Shown here: positions 1-9,456 of the stretch, one piece after another
Layout: each line of letters starts with the position of its first letter
Position numbering within the stretch: the first letter of the stretch is position 1
Source of the DNA: an uncultured bacterium
GTDB lineage: Bacteria > Muiribacteriota > UBA9980
Direction: 5' to 3'
Assembly (NCBI GenBank): GCA_964436235.1
Contig: CAYTCW010000008.1
Span: 2,006 to 55,734, forward strand
Length of the DNA stretch: 53,729 nucleotides
Translations under genes and position numbers: made by a program
The notes under the pieces: model-generated
The model's input: the letters and a program-made list of their open reading frames with translations, nothing else
Database searches by the model: none
Told to the model about the DNA's origin: nothing

Positions 1-217
1 GTGTGTTCGCGTAAACTTCCGTTGTAGCCGCGCCGATTGCGCTATTCATCTGCGCTGTGGTCGAATACTGCGATAAATTTGCTTCAAAAGTGTCGTCGAT
101 TTCGTCTTTCGTATAAACTCCGCCGTAAATTTGATCGGGCGATAGCAAACCGCCCTGTGCAAACGCGGCAGTCGCGAAAAGTAAAACTATTAATAAACTT
201 AATGCTATTTTTTTCAT
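1..217 (-). CDS. Exported protein, N-terminal part only (gene runs off the left edge)
   Basis: Minus-strand ATG at 217. My translation is MKKIALSLLIVLLFATAAFAQGGLLSPDQIYGGVYTKDEIDDTFEANLSQYSTTAQMNSAIGAATTEVYANT with no stop before the edge. It has a classic signal peptide. It is absent from the ORF track because it is truncated. Confidence 0.5.
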   Translation of the reverse strand, partial: MKKIALSLLIVLLFATAAFAQGGLLSPDQIYGGVYTKDEIDDTFEANLSQYSTTAQMNSAIGAATTEVYANT

Positions 218-232
218 TCTCGGCATTCCCCC

Positions 233-481
233 TTATTTATTGCTGATGATAATTATTTCGTCCGTGCTGTTTATGGCGTCCGCAAACTCGACTCGCGTTT
301 TTCCTGCCTCTACACTGGCCGTAAAAAGCTTGCGCGGCTGCATGGCGCGATTACGATATAGCACACTGGCCGTCATATCGTAAATTTTACTGAATTCCCA
401 TATCTTGTTATCGCTGATATAAGTGCCCTCGTCTTCGTCGGCCTTTGGAATATTAACCGGCGGATAGACCGCTAATCTCAT
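233..481 (-). CDS. Hypothetical protein (82 aa)
   Basis: ORF with SD AAGGGGG 6-7 nt upstream of the ATG; co-oriented with the tail fibre genes. Confidence 0.5.
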   Translation of the reverse strand: MRLAVYPPVNIPKADEDEGTYISDNKIWEFSKIYDMTASVLYRNRAMQPRKLFTASVEAGKTRVEFADAINSTDEIIIISNK

Positions 482-518
482 CTTATTTCCCCCTTTATAT
501 TTTTATAAGAAAAAAAAA

Positions 519-845
519 TTATGCTTCTTCTATGCCATAAAGCGTGATTATGGTTTCGGCCGATCCTGCGTCAACCATGCCGGCGAATACTTCTTCAGCC
601 GCCAGGACAATTTTAGTATCGCCCAGCGAAGCATACCCCTTCGCCGCTATTTCCTGCTCGGGTATAATAGTATTAGCCGCCGCTGTACCATGAGCCGCCA
701 GAGATACTTTACGCGCCGTGCTCGCGTTTGTGTTCGCTATCCATATTTCCGTTATCTGCGTTTTAGTTCCCGCCGGAGCCGTATAAACCGCCGTCATCGA
801 ATTAGTTAAAGCCGCCTGTGCTAATTTTTTCGCTGTTCTCGCCAT
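519..845 (-). CDS. Hypothetical virion-module protein (108 aa)
   Basis: ORF with SD GGGAGGAA upstream; tightly packed after the preceding gene (stop at 847). Confidence 0.5.
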   Translation of the reverse strand: MARTAKKLAQAALTNSMTAVYTAPAGTKTQITEIWIANTNASTARKVSLAAHGTAAANTIIPEQEIAAKGYASLGDTKIVLAAEEVFAGMVDAGSAETIITLYGIEEA

Positions 846-846
846 G

Positions 847-1266
847 TTATATCATTCCTCCCATGCTTATTGTCATTTTATCTTCGTTATTCATTCCGCC
901 GTCGGTTATGCCGTACCCTGCCAGTGTCGTAGGTTTGCCGCTTATCGCCGCGAAAGGCATATCGGCCCTATAAACGGCATAACCGGCCGCCTCGCTTAAC
1001 TTTGTATCGTCGATTACGAGATACATCGTTTGAGTATCGAGCTGTCTTACCGTGTCGCCCTGCTGGACGGTTTCAACGGTCAGCGCGTAACGCGCCGTTT
1101 GATTCGCCACGTCAACAAGCCGTTTAACCGCTTTAGGCGGCAAAACGCTGTCGGGTAATACGCCCGCCGTAATGTTTGCCGCGTTCGTCGTATCGACGTT
1201 TTTTACATTACCGAGTCCCACGCCTTCTTTAGACGGCGGCGGCGTTAATAAAATTCCCTGCTTCAT
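847..1266 (-). CDS. Small tail-fibre-like protein
   Basis: The C-terminal half (..LPPKAVKRLVDVANQTARY..ISGKPTTLAGYGITDG..ISMGGMI) is paralogous to the C-terminus of ORF 1309..2277. It carries a GYGITD-type fibre motif. Confidence 0.6.
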   Translation of the reverse strand: MKQGILLTPPPSKEGVGLGNVKNVDTTNAANITAGVLPDSVLPPKAVKRLVDVANQTARYALTVETVQQGDTVRQLDTQTMYLVIDDTKLSEAAGYAVYRADMPFAAISGKPTTLAGYGITDGGMNNEDKMTISMGGMI

Positions 1267-1308
1267 TATCCACGCTCCTTTTTAACTTAAATTTAAACTA
1301 ATTATTTA

Positions 1309-2277
1309 TTAGATCATGGCCCCCATGCTTATTAACATTTGAAGTTCGTTTAAAGCCGCTGTATTGATTCCGTCTGTTATGCCGAACCCGCTTATAGTAG
1401 AAGGTTTGTCGGTTATATTCGTCCATGCGATCGATGACGCGCTTCCGGCGGTATATGGCATATAACCATCGCTTGAATCTAACTGCGTGTCATCAACCAC
1501 AAAAAATAAATAACCTGTGTCGTTCTCTTTTACGGTGTCGCCATTGACTACCGTTGCCGTAGTTAACAAAAAGCGAGCGGTTTCGTCGGCCACCACAACA
1601 AGTTTTTCAATCGCCGCCGCGGGTAATCTATCAAGTGGAATAATCCCGCTCGCTAAATTGCTCGCGTTCGTACAGTCAACATTCGGCACATTACCAAGGC
1701 CAACATCGGCTTTGGTTACGCTGTGAGGATTACCCGTAGTCGCCGATATATGGTTCTGGATATTCGCGTTTGCCGCTTCGTATGTTCCACTATGATTATG
1801 ATCTCCGGCCGCTACCGTACCGGAAGTGCTCCCCACGCTTTTTGTCGCCGAATCGCCGAGCCCAAGATTGCCACGTGCCGTTTCAGCATTATTAAGGTCC
1901 GATAAATTGGACGCTATTTTAAGCTGTGCGTCATTCGAAACGCTGTCGAGTCCGACATCTGATTTAGTAACGCCATGCGGATTTCCCGTCACTGCCGTTA
2001 CGTGCGATTGAATGTTAGCGTTTGCCGGCTCGTAAGTTCCTGAATGATTGTGATTTCCTGCCGCCGCCTGATTCGCGCCCGTACCGATTGTATGATGAAG
2101 CGCCGTAGTTGCGCTGTCAGTGTCCGGCGTGCCGTGGCTATCACTTTGATTATGCGTGTGCGAGCTGGCCGCTTTACCTTCAACCTCTTCTTTTAAAGCG
2201 ACGAAATTAGCTCTTATCACGCTCGGCGCGACCGATAAAACTTCATTGTCCGCCGGTTTATTTGCGTCGTATGCCAT
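1309..2277 (-). CDS. Tail fibre protein
   Basis: N-terminus MAYDANKPADNEV..IRANF resembles that of ORF 2701..3564. There is an internal duplication (HNHSGTYE[PA]ANANIQ.H..[AV]TGNPH.VTK.DVGL). The C-terminus carries GFGITDG. Confidence 0.7.
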   Translation of the reverse strand: MAYDANKPADNEVLSVAPSVIRANFVALKEEVEGKAASSHTHNQSDSHGTPDTDSATTALHHTIGTGANQAAAGNHNHSGTYEPANANIQSHVTAVTGNPHGVTKSDVGLDSVSNDAQLKIASNLSDLNNAETARGNLGLGDSATKSVGSTSGTVAAGDHNHSGTYEAANANIQNHISATTGNPHSVTKADVGLGNVPNVDCTNASNLASGIIPLDRLPAAAIEKLVVVADETARFLLTTATVVNGDTVKENDTGYLFFVVDDTQLDSSDGYMPYTAGSASSIAWTNITDKPSTISGFGITDGINTAALNELQMLISMGAMI

Positions 2278-2301
2278 TGTTTTTCACCCCGTTTTTATAA
2301 A

Positions 2302-2697
2302 TTAATTTTGCGGTTTCGTCGGCCAGTCAGGATTATAAGGATTGCAATTTTCCGGAAAATCGCGCAAAAGTTGACGATATATTTTCCAGACCGCTCTTTG
2401 CTCACTCGTTAAAGGCGAATCCGGCATCTGTGTCCAGTCTGTTTCCTTTAAAAGTTCATTGCGTTTATATCTTATACCTGTTAAGCATTCAGCGCGAGTG
2501 GGCGCGGGCGGAAGAGTCTCGACAATCTTTAGCGTTTCTCGATTTACTTTTCGTGCCTGCTGATTCGAGACGGCGTCCTGCCATTCTTTTTCCGTAATGG
2601 CGATATTCGGCGTCGGGATCTTATCGCCGTGGATCTCGTCGGCGTAAAAGCCGAGGATTTTTCCTGTGTTTTCTTCGTAATGTGTGTAGTATTGCAT
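2302..2697 (-). CDS. Tail fibre assembly chaperone
   Basis: The C-terminal motif IRYKRNELLKETDWTQMPDSPL..VWKIYRQLLRDFPE is typical of Caudovirales tail-fibre assembly proteins. The gene lies between two fibre genes. Confidence 0.65.
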   Translation of the reverse strand: MQYYTHYEENTGKILGFYADEIHGDKIPTPNIAITEKEWQDAVSNQQARKVNRETLKIVETLPPAPTRAECLTGIRYKRNELLKETDWTQMPDSPLTSEQRAVWKIYRQLLRDFPENCNPYNPDWPTKPQN

Positions 2698-2700
2698 TGC

Positions 2701-3564
2701 TCACCATCCTATTGCAATGTAAGATATGTTATCCTGGTTATTATTTGGATTATATAAATAACCGCCATTTAGGACAAAACTGCCACAAGCCGCAGGAGCG
2801 TAAGTCGGCGAACTCGCCTGTAATGTTGGTATCACTACCGCTATAGCGTTCGGAAAAGCGATCGGCCAATTTTCCCAAAGAGCCACACCCGCATTAACGC
2901 TCACTACGCCCCACTGTATAATTATTCCGTCAGCAAATTTTTTATATCCATTAAACGCGCCTTTTGAATTTGCTTCGCCGGTGTGCGACGTATGGATGGC
3001 CGATGCAAAATTAGACGGAGCATTGCCCTGTAAATAGCTCGCATTATTTGCGTTGGAGGCGTATGAAGCGTTTGGGACTACCCCGGTTAATGCTATTGTT
3101 AACGAGCGCATACCGGCATTTCCCACTATTGAAATATTAGCGCCTTCGATAAAAGTTATAAAATCCTGTTTGCTTAAAGCGTATATATTCGGGCCGCCAG
3201 GGCTTTTATAAATTGTGCCGAAAGCGTTCTGATTAACCTCCGCACCGAGCGCTATGCCGTCAAGTTTGATTTTATCCGTGTTAGACATAAAACCGTTATC
3301 AGACGATGACGCCGCGTTGTGAGAATGGACGGCCCCGGCGAATGCCGAGGCGTCGCTACCGTCAAGTTTATCCGCGTTTAAATTAGTGCAAAGCGTGCCG
3401 TTATTGATCGGTATATTATTACTGTTATTTCCCGGCGCGCGCCCCTTTAGCGTACCCGCATCAACGATCTGTCCAGTCCGCAAAGCCTCGGTGTTATCTC
3501 GTATCACGCCCGGACCGTCGGAGATATAATCATCATCCGCCGGCCGAGCTCCATCATAAGCCAT
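2701..3564 (-). CDS. Tail fibre protein
   Basis: N-terminus MAYDGARPADDDY..IRDNTEAL is shared with ORF 1309..2277. LNADKLDGSDASAFA fibre motif; C-terminal GIIIQWG-type knob motif. Confidence 0.7.
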   Translation of the reverse strand: MAYDGARPADDDYISDGPGVIRDNTEALRTGQIVDAGTLKGRAPGNNSNNIPINNGTLCTNLNADKLDGSDASAFAGAVHSHNAASSSDNGFMSNTDKIKLDGIALGAEVNQNAFGTIYKSPGGPNIYALSKQDFITFIEGANISIVGNAGMRSLTIALTGVVPNASYASNANNASYLQGNAPSNFASAIHTSHTGEANSKGAFNGYKKFADGIIIQWGVVSVNAGVALWENWPIAFPNAIAVVIPTLQASSPTYAPAACGSFVLNGGYLYNPNNNQDNISYIAIGW

Positions 3565-3584
3565 AAATTACCCCCTTGTTTAAA

Positions 3585-6500
3585 TTAATATCCGCGGGCA
3601 ATCCATAGGATCTGTCCGCCCACATCATTACCGCCTGAATCGAATACTTTTACCGTAAAATTGCTTAAATCTGGCTCACCGTTTAATTCGGCTCTGTTGC
3701 CGAGCGTAGTAGCCATGGCAACCACCGAAGGCACCGCGTAAAAAGTATAACCGTAATTAATTGTCGAACCGCCGACGGCAACCGTTTGATTTCCGTTTTT
3801 TATCATATCCGGTACGTCAACGTTAAGCTCGAATTGATTAACTTCCGGAGTTTTTCCGGGGCTGTCGGTAGCCAATTCCGCTTTAAATTGAATATATCGA
3901 AAAGTAGTTTGGAACGCCACGAACGGCAACCATTCCGGCCAGCCGTAACTTTCCGCCACTGGATCGTAATATGTACTGGTACGATAAAACAATCTTGCCG
4001 AAGTGCCGGCCGTAAATAAAACGCTCGTCGTAAAATTAGCGGTTATATTCGCGGTCAAAACTTTACCTACGTCCATTACGCCAGTCGTATAATCGCCTGA
4101 ATCATAATGCCATGTTGAATCCGAAAAACGTCGTGAAGGATAATCCGCAAAAGTTCCCGCAATATTCGAAAAATCACCGGTTACGCTATCAAGTTTCAAA
4201 ACATTCGAGCCGCCGATATCCGAAAACTTCGTGGTATCGTATTCGCTGAATTGCCCGCCGAGCGTCGAATATTTGAAAGCCGAAGCGCCGAAAACTGTAT
4301 CGTTATGCGTTCCCGTCGGATCATCGATCTCGTCATAAGTTAATATTACGTTACGCGGCAATAAGTTAGCGATCACCACGAATGCTTTAGCTTCCGCGTC
4401 AGAGTATTTTCCGGCGCGGTTAACGGCTTTTATCATAAAGTGTCGAAGCGTTTCTTTTTCGGCTAAAAACTGATAAGCCGGTAATGTTACGCCCGACACT
4501 ATGAGCGAGCCAGTATCCCACGTTATGCCCTCTCGTATTTCACAATGCGCGAAATCGACATCGGTGACTTTATTCCATGTCAGCAGGATATTTTCGCCGT
4601 TCTGGACGGCTTTAAATCCGGTTACGTTCGAAGGTTCGACCGTAGCCGAATAAAAATATGAAACTTCGTCGCTTTCAAAGAGCGCGGTATTTCTTGCCCT
4701 TATCATTAAATGATAAACTTCCGTGTCCGGTATAGCCCAGGTGACGCGCGTTTCTTTTGTTTTGATGATTAACGCCGAATCTTCCCAGCTTACGCCCCAG
4801 CGCAATTCGTACTCGAGTAAATCGAGATCAGCGATACCGGTCCATGTTATATTTGCCTTTGTTCTATCAGCGGGATCTGTAACGGCTGTTAAATTAGTCG
4901 GCGCGCTCGGATTCATCGAAAATAACGCGCTGAAAGAAGAAGCTGTTACGCTGTATTTTCCCGCTTTGCTTACCGCTTTAATCCACCATTTATAAGTCGA
5001 TTCAAGGCTTATTGTTACGTCGTAAAAAGTGCCGGCGACATTAGCCGAAACCAAGGTTCCGCCTGCCCATGTTTCACCCTGCCTGATTTCGTAATGGTCT
5101 GTATCGCGTTCAGGCGTGGCGTTCCAGGTAAGTCTTACCTTGCTTTTTGTGTCGCTAAACTGAGCGCCTTTGAAGCCGCTAATATTCGACGGTTCGATTG
5201 TAAAAGTGCCTGCCACATTTAAGGTTGACGAATAATAACCCGCCACGTTTTTGGCACGAATCATAAAATTATACGAGCCGCTTGCGCTTATAATATGAGT
5301 TATGCTCGCTTCTTTCACAATTCCGACGAGCGCTCCGGAGGTCCAATCCTGGCCGAGCCTCACTTCGTATCCGCTAACGTCGGCATCGGCCACGGCATCC
5401 CATGATATAACCAACCGCGTGCGATCGTTTAAATCCTGGGTTATTACGCCGTTAACCGGAGCGCTGCTCGAAAAATTAAACTGCCCGTCGGCGCCCGCTT
5501 CCGTAACCGAATATTTGCCGCCTATTGTTACGGCTTTTATCCAAAACCGATGAAATCCGCTCGTCGGTAGCGAGTAAACGAAAGATGTAGCCTTTGTATG
5601 CTGAATGACAGCGCTATCGAGCCACGAATCGCCGCGGCGCACTTCGTAATATGATAAATCCACTTCGGTTAATGCGTTCCATGAAAGAAGCACTTTCGTA
5701 CGATCGTAAGGGTCTGCGCTTGCCGTAAAGCCTGTTATATCTGAAGGCTCTACCGTTATACTTACGCTCGCCGTTGCCGGATTAGTTGAAAGATTGCCTG
5801 AAGTGTCCACCGAATATACCGTAAAATTATAAGTACGAGTCGCCGAAGCCTGAAAGTTAAATTTAGTGTCCGTGAGATAGTTCGAAACGCTTACGCCGTT
5901 TTCTTTTACCAGATAACCCCTTAAATCAACATTGGTTACGCCGGTCCATTCGAGCGTTATCTTTCGCTTATCGTTCGGGTCCTGCGTAATGGTTAAGCCG
6001 GTAACGTCGTTCGGCGGCAAGTCTTTTCCTGTTACATAACAGGGCGCGGACAAAACGCCGGGCGAAAGCGTACCTATTTCGTTGAGTGTGCATATTTTTA
6101 TAACGTATGTTTCAAGGGCCTTTACTCCCGATATTGTTATGGCCGTTTCGTTCGTTTCGCCCCATTTAAGCCAGTTAACGCCATTATCACGGCTATAAAA
6201 CACATGATAATTTTGTACTTGCCGGTTGCGCGGCGCCGTCCAGGACACATATAAAACCGAAACGATAGTTCCGTCTTTTTGCGCATAGGTTTCCTGTCCG
6301 ATTTGTATATTTGATACATCGATATAAGGCGTTAAGGCGCTGTAATTTATATCAGGAACGTCCGTCGCCTCATCGTAAACGGCCGCCACATATTCAAGAG
6401 CGGTTATACGCCGCGTCATATCGGTTGCACGCGTGATATTAGCTACTCTGAAAGGTTTGGCCTCGACATTAAGCTCGCCCAGCGTATAAACGTCATGCTT

Positions 6501-9035
6501 CGCCGGCGCCGATGCGAAATCCGTCGTAACCGTTACCGTTGCCGTCGTTGTTTCCTGCGCGAATTGCACGAGCATTTTTTGAACTATGACATCGGTAGCG
6601 CTCAGCCTTACCATTATCGAATAATCGGTAGCCGCGGCGAAAGTTATTTCACGATCTAAAGTTAAAATGCGGCCGTTAACATTTATTATGCGCCCGCCGA
6701 AGCCCCACTGTGGTACGTCATGTTGAACGAGAATAACGTCGCCTACCTGGCACGCGATCGCGTCAACCCCGGCTTCAAAAGAAACGGTCCGCGTAAGGTA
6801 TTTATTGAGACGGAGCCTGTATTTCGCTTCTTTATAAGCCTGAGCGAAATCCGTTATGCCGTCGAGAGTTATTTGTGTCGGATGTTTCACCTTTGTTTCG
6901 TTGTCGTAGTTTTCACCGTAAACGGTTATAACCTCGCGTTCGTAATTTTTATCTTTATTGTTGAAGGTTACTTCGAGTGAATTTGCCCGGTCTTTCATCG
7001 GCAAAAATTCTTCACGGAAAGTATCTTTAATGATATTTCCAACCGTAAAAAGTTGAACCGGATCGCTCGGATTATCACAGATCGCGCCGAAGCGGGTTCC
7101 TCTTAAAATAACTTTGCCGCGGCCGCAGTTTTCCATTTCGCGTAATGCTGTCCAGATATCCGTTGCCTTTTCAACGTAATAGTTCACTTTTAAACTTTTT
7201 GAATCGCAAAAATCGGCCCAATCACTGAAATCTTGATAGATCATTTTTTCTTTTGGCGCGCCGAAAACTGCCGTTTCATTGACTGAGCTTGTAAAGTTAT
7301 AAAGTAATTTAGCTCGATGTATCATATCGTAAGCGGCCCACGCTGGATTATCCGCCGCCTTTAATTGATATGCGTTAGCCGTAGGATTAAAAACGCGAAC
7401 CGTGCTTCTGGTGGCCGTGCATGTAATATTCGGCATCGTCCCGGAAAGCTGGCCGGTAGCGAGCGCCTTTAAACCGATTAAGGCTTTGCCGGGTCTCACA
7501 AAATCGTCATATATAATCGATGATAACTGCGTCCAGAATACGCGCGTAATATCGCGAATTGTAGTTCCGCTTCTGTATGTGCATCTTACACGAACGTCGT
7601 ATTGAGCCATAGCAACATTATCAACGCGATAACTGCGTCTAACGGCCGATGTGCTCGCCGAGCTTATGGTTACGCTCGTCTGCGCGCCTATTGTTACCGT
7701 AAAAACATAGCCGACGGTGCAAAAGTACATCGAACTGATATCAAAACCTATTAAATTATTGGAGTAATGCGTTCCGAAAACCGCGTCAGGTTTTGCGCCT
7801 GAAACGGAACCGAATACGCTGAATTTTTTCGCATAACTTGAAGGCGCGTTGAGATAGCCTTGCGCTCCGCTTTGCGCTTCGGTGCATGTGATCGTCCACA
7901 CTTCGGCAACGGCGTTATTACCGGCCGAAATATTATAAATAGGACCCGTTCCAGAATAAGCGGCCCCGTTTTGAGTCATCGAATCTATTTTCAGACCGCC
8001 GGTGAAAAAATTCGACCATAAATACTGTACTTCGGGATCGAGGCTCGTTCTTCTATATTCGGCTTCGAGCGTAACGCTTGCGGCCGTCGTACTGCCGTCT
8101 TCTTCAACGTGATACAGCCCGTTCGGGAATGTAAATTCTATTTCGAGACCGTTCGCTGAATTGCCGTCTAATTGATGTTCATACCACTGCACGCCGGGTT
8201 CTATTTCATAGGATAAAGGCTGATCGGCGTAAGTGTCGGTAAAATTTAAAACATTCGACCTATCGAATCCGGTCTGGTTATTCGTTCCGAGCCGATAGTC
8301 ATAACTTACATCCATGAAATTAGCGATAGGATTATCGTTAATTCTGATGTTCCCTATGCTATCGATCGGCCCGTCACCAACACACAAAATTAGGTTTAAA
8401 TATTGCTTTTCGCCGTCTGAGCTTATGTGTTGCGACAAAACAACAAGCGCGGGTTTAACCGTGCCATAAATCAAACCGAGCGAATGACCCTGACCCTGTA
8501 AAAGATAGCCAGGGTTCCAGCTATACGCGACGGACTGCTGCGGTATATCCATTTCGGGTTTCGGAGTCATGCGGCTGATAAGCATACCGCCCACCCACAT
8601 AACAGCGAGTGCCGCGAGATATCCGGCCCAGCTCCAGGCACCGACACCGAGAGCGCCCGCGCCGAAAAAAGCTCCGCCAGACACCATAGAACCTACGCCC
8701 ATTGAGACAACCGAAAGCGCGATGCCGGCAATAAGCGCCAGAGTATTTTTTCCGCCGCTATTTCCGCCGCCTCTAACCGCTGGCGCCATAGCGATATAAG
8801 AACCGGCCTTTACCGGCAGTCCCATATTTTCAACGACATGACCGTTCATGCTAAGCACTATTTCATTATCGTTATTTTCGATGCCGGTATAACCTTCTTT
8901 ACGGGCGTAATCGGCAACCGTGGCGCCGGGTATATATTCAATTTGTTTAATTTCACGTTCTGAATGATTAAAAGGATTATTGACCTTTATGAAAGTAACT
9001 TTAGGTTTCTGGTTTGGATTCTGGTTTATGTTCAT
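3585..9035 (-). CDS. Host-specificity / central tail fibre protein (lambda J-like) with an N-terminal lambda gpI-like domain fused
   Basis: 1816 aa, located downstream of the M/L/K homologues. The N-terminal ~160 aa have a GGGNSGGKN motif followed by a hydrophobic Gly/Ala-rich segment, as in gpI. The C-terminal half contains tandem FN3-like repeats. Confidence 0.85.
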   Translation of the reverse strand: MNINQNPNQKPKVTFIKVNNPFNHSEREIKQIEYIPGATVADYARKEGYTGIENNDNEIVLSMNGHVVENMGLPVKAGSYIAMAPAVRGGGNSGGKNTLALIAGIALSVVSMGVGSMVSGGAFFGAGALGVGAWSWAGYLAALAVMWVGGMLISRMTPKPEMDIPQQSVAYSWNPGYLLQGQGHSLGLIYGTVKPALVVLSQHISSDGEKQYLNLILCVGDGPIDSIGNIRINDNPIANFMDVSYDYRLGTNNQTGFDRSNVLNFTDTYADQPLSYEIEPGVQWYEHQLDGNSANGLEIEFTFPNGLYHVEEDGSTTAASVTLEAEYRRTSLDPEVQYLWSNFFTGGLKIDSMTQNGAAYSGTGPIYNISAGNNAVAEVWTITCTEAQSGAQGYLNAPSSYAKKFSVFGSVSGAKPDAVFGTHYSNNLIGFDISSMYFCTVGYVFTVTIGAQTSVTISSASTSAVRRSYRVDNVAMAQYDVRVRCTYRSGTTIRDITRVFWTQLSSIIYDDFVRPGKALIGLKALATGQLSGTMPNITCTATRSTVRVFNPTANAYQLKAADNPAWAAYDMIHRAKLLYNFTSSVNETAVFGAPKEKMIYQDFSDWADFCDSKSLKVNYYVEKATDIWTALREMENCGRGKVILRGTRFGAICDNPSDPVQLFTVGNIIKDTFREEFLPMKDRANSLEVTFNNKDKNYEREVITVYGENYDNETKVKHPTQITLDGITDFAQAYKEAKYRLRLNKYLTRTVSFEAGVDAIACQVGDVILVQHDVPQWGFGGRIINVNGRILTLDREITFAAATDYSIMVRLSATDVIVQKMLVQFAQETTTATVTVTTDFASAPAKHDVYTLGELNVEAKPFRVANITRATDMTRRITALEYVAAVYDEATDVPDINYSALTPYIDVSNIQIGQETYAQKDGTIVSVLYVSWTAPRNRQVQNYHVFYSRDNGVNWLKWGETNETAITISGVKALETYVIKICTLNEIGTLSPGVLSAPCYVTGKDLPPNDVTGLTITQDPNDKRKITLEWTGVTNVDLRGYLVKENGVSVSNYLTDTKFNFQASATRTYNFTVYSVDTSGNLSTNPATASVSITVEPSDITGFTASADPYDRTKVLLSWNALTEVDLSYYEVRRGDSWLDSAVIQHTKATSFVYSLPTSGFHRFWIKAVTIGGKYSVTEAGADGQFNFSSSAPVNGVITQDLNDRTRLVISWDAVADADVSGYEVRLGQDWTSGALVGIVKEASITHIISASGSYNFMIRAKNVAGYYSSTLNVAGTFTIEPSNISGFKGAQFSDTKSKVRLTWNATPERDTDHYEIRQGETWAGGTLVSANVAGTFYDVTISLESTYKWWIKAVSKAGKYSVTASSFSALFSMNPSAPTNLTAVTDPADRTKANITWTGIADLDLLEYELRWGVSWEDSALIIKTKETRVTWAIPDTEVYHLMIRARNTALFESDEVSYFYSATVEPSNVTGFKAVQNGENILLTWNKVTDVDFAHCEIREGITWDTGSLIVSGVTLPAYQFLAEKETLRHFMIKAVNRAGKYSDAEAKAFVVIANLLPRNVILTYDEIDDPTGTHNDTVFGASAFKYSTLGGQFSEYDTTKFSDIGGSNVLKLDSVTGDFSNIAGTFADYPSRRFSDSTWHYDSGDYTTGVMDVGKVLTANITANFTTSVLFTAGTSARLFYRTSTYYDPVAESYGWPEWLPFVAFQTTFRYIQFKAELATDSPGKTPEVNQFELNVDVPDMIKNGNQTVAVGGSTINYGYTFYAVPSVVAMATTLGNRAELNGEPDLSNFTVKVFDSGGNDVGGQILWIARGY
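4478..6083 (-). repeat. Tandem array of about six FN3-like ~90-aa domains inside the J-like gene
   Basis: Recurrent blocks of the form EPS[ND][IV][TS]GF...[LI][ST]W..[VAT]...D...YE[IV]R.G ... Y.[FW].I[KR]A.[NT] between about residues 985 and 1520. Confidence 0.6.
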
Positions 9036-9456
9036 TTCTCAAAGCCTCCGGCCCTGGTATATAATAACCCTCGATTATTCTCCGCCACGCGGGCGAGTCA
9101 ATGCGATCTATATTCACGCCTACTTTTTGCCTGGTATGAATGAAACGGCCCGCGCCGATATAAACGCCCACATGATTACATAAAACGCCGGTATTAAAAC
9201 GAATAACTACCAGCGCGGGACATGGTATATCTTTGCCGCCGTCGTTATCAATTCGAAGCCATAGCGGCCGTTCATCCGTCATTTTAGAATCTATTCGGCT
9301 CGATTCCGTACAGCCGATTTTATAATCCGGAAGGCTCACACCGTGTCTCCGGAAGACCTCGAGCGCGAGCCCCCAGCAATCGAAACCGGTCGTTTTATCA
9401 CGGCCGCCGTCAACGAATGGAACGCCTATAAGATCGTTTAAATTACAATTACACAT
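9001..9456 (-). CDS. Tail tip protein K-like, NlpC/P60 family
   Basis: FDCWGL (catalytic Cys) and NHVGVYIG..FIHT (His) motifs. I prefer the internal ATG at 9456 (MCNCNL..), which overlaps the upstream stop as ATGTGTAA, over the track start at 9513. Confidence 0.8.
   Translation of the reverse strand: MCNCNLNDLIGVPFVDGGRDKTTGFDCWGLALEVFRRHGVSLPDYKIGCTESSRIDSKMTDERPLWLRIDNDGGKDIPCPALVVIRFNTGVLCNHVGVYIGAGRFIHTRQKVGVNIDRIDSPAWRRIIEGYYIPGPEALRNEHKPESKPET

Noticed and set aside
847-3564. Invertible (shufflon/Gin-type) or DGR-mediated tail-fibre diversification
   Set aside because: All fibre genes are co-oriented. No invertase or reverse transcriptase gene was seen, and no template/variable repeat pair.
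1-3600. Lysis cassette (holin/endolysin) at the left end
   Set aside because: No recognisable endolysin or holin was seen in the window. The only cell-wall-related domains are the NlpC/P60 tail protein and the 3D-domain segment. The lysis genes presumably lie left of the window.
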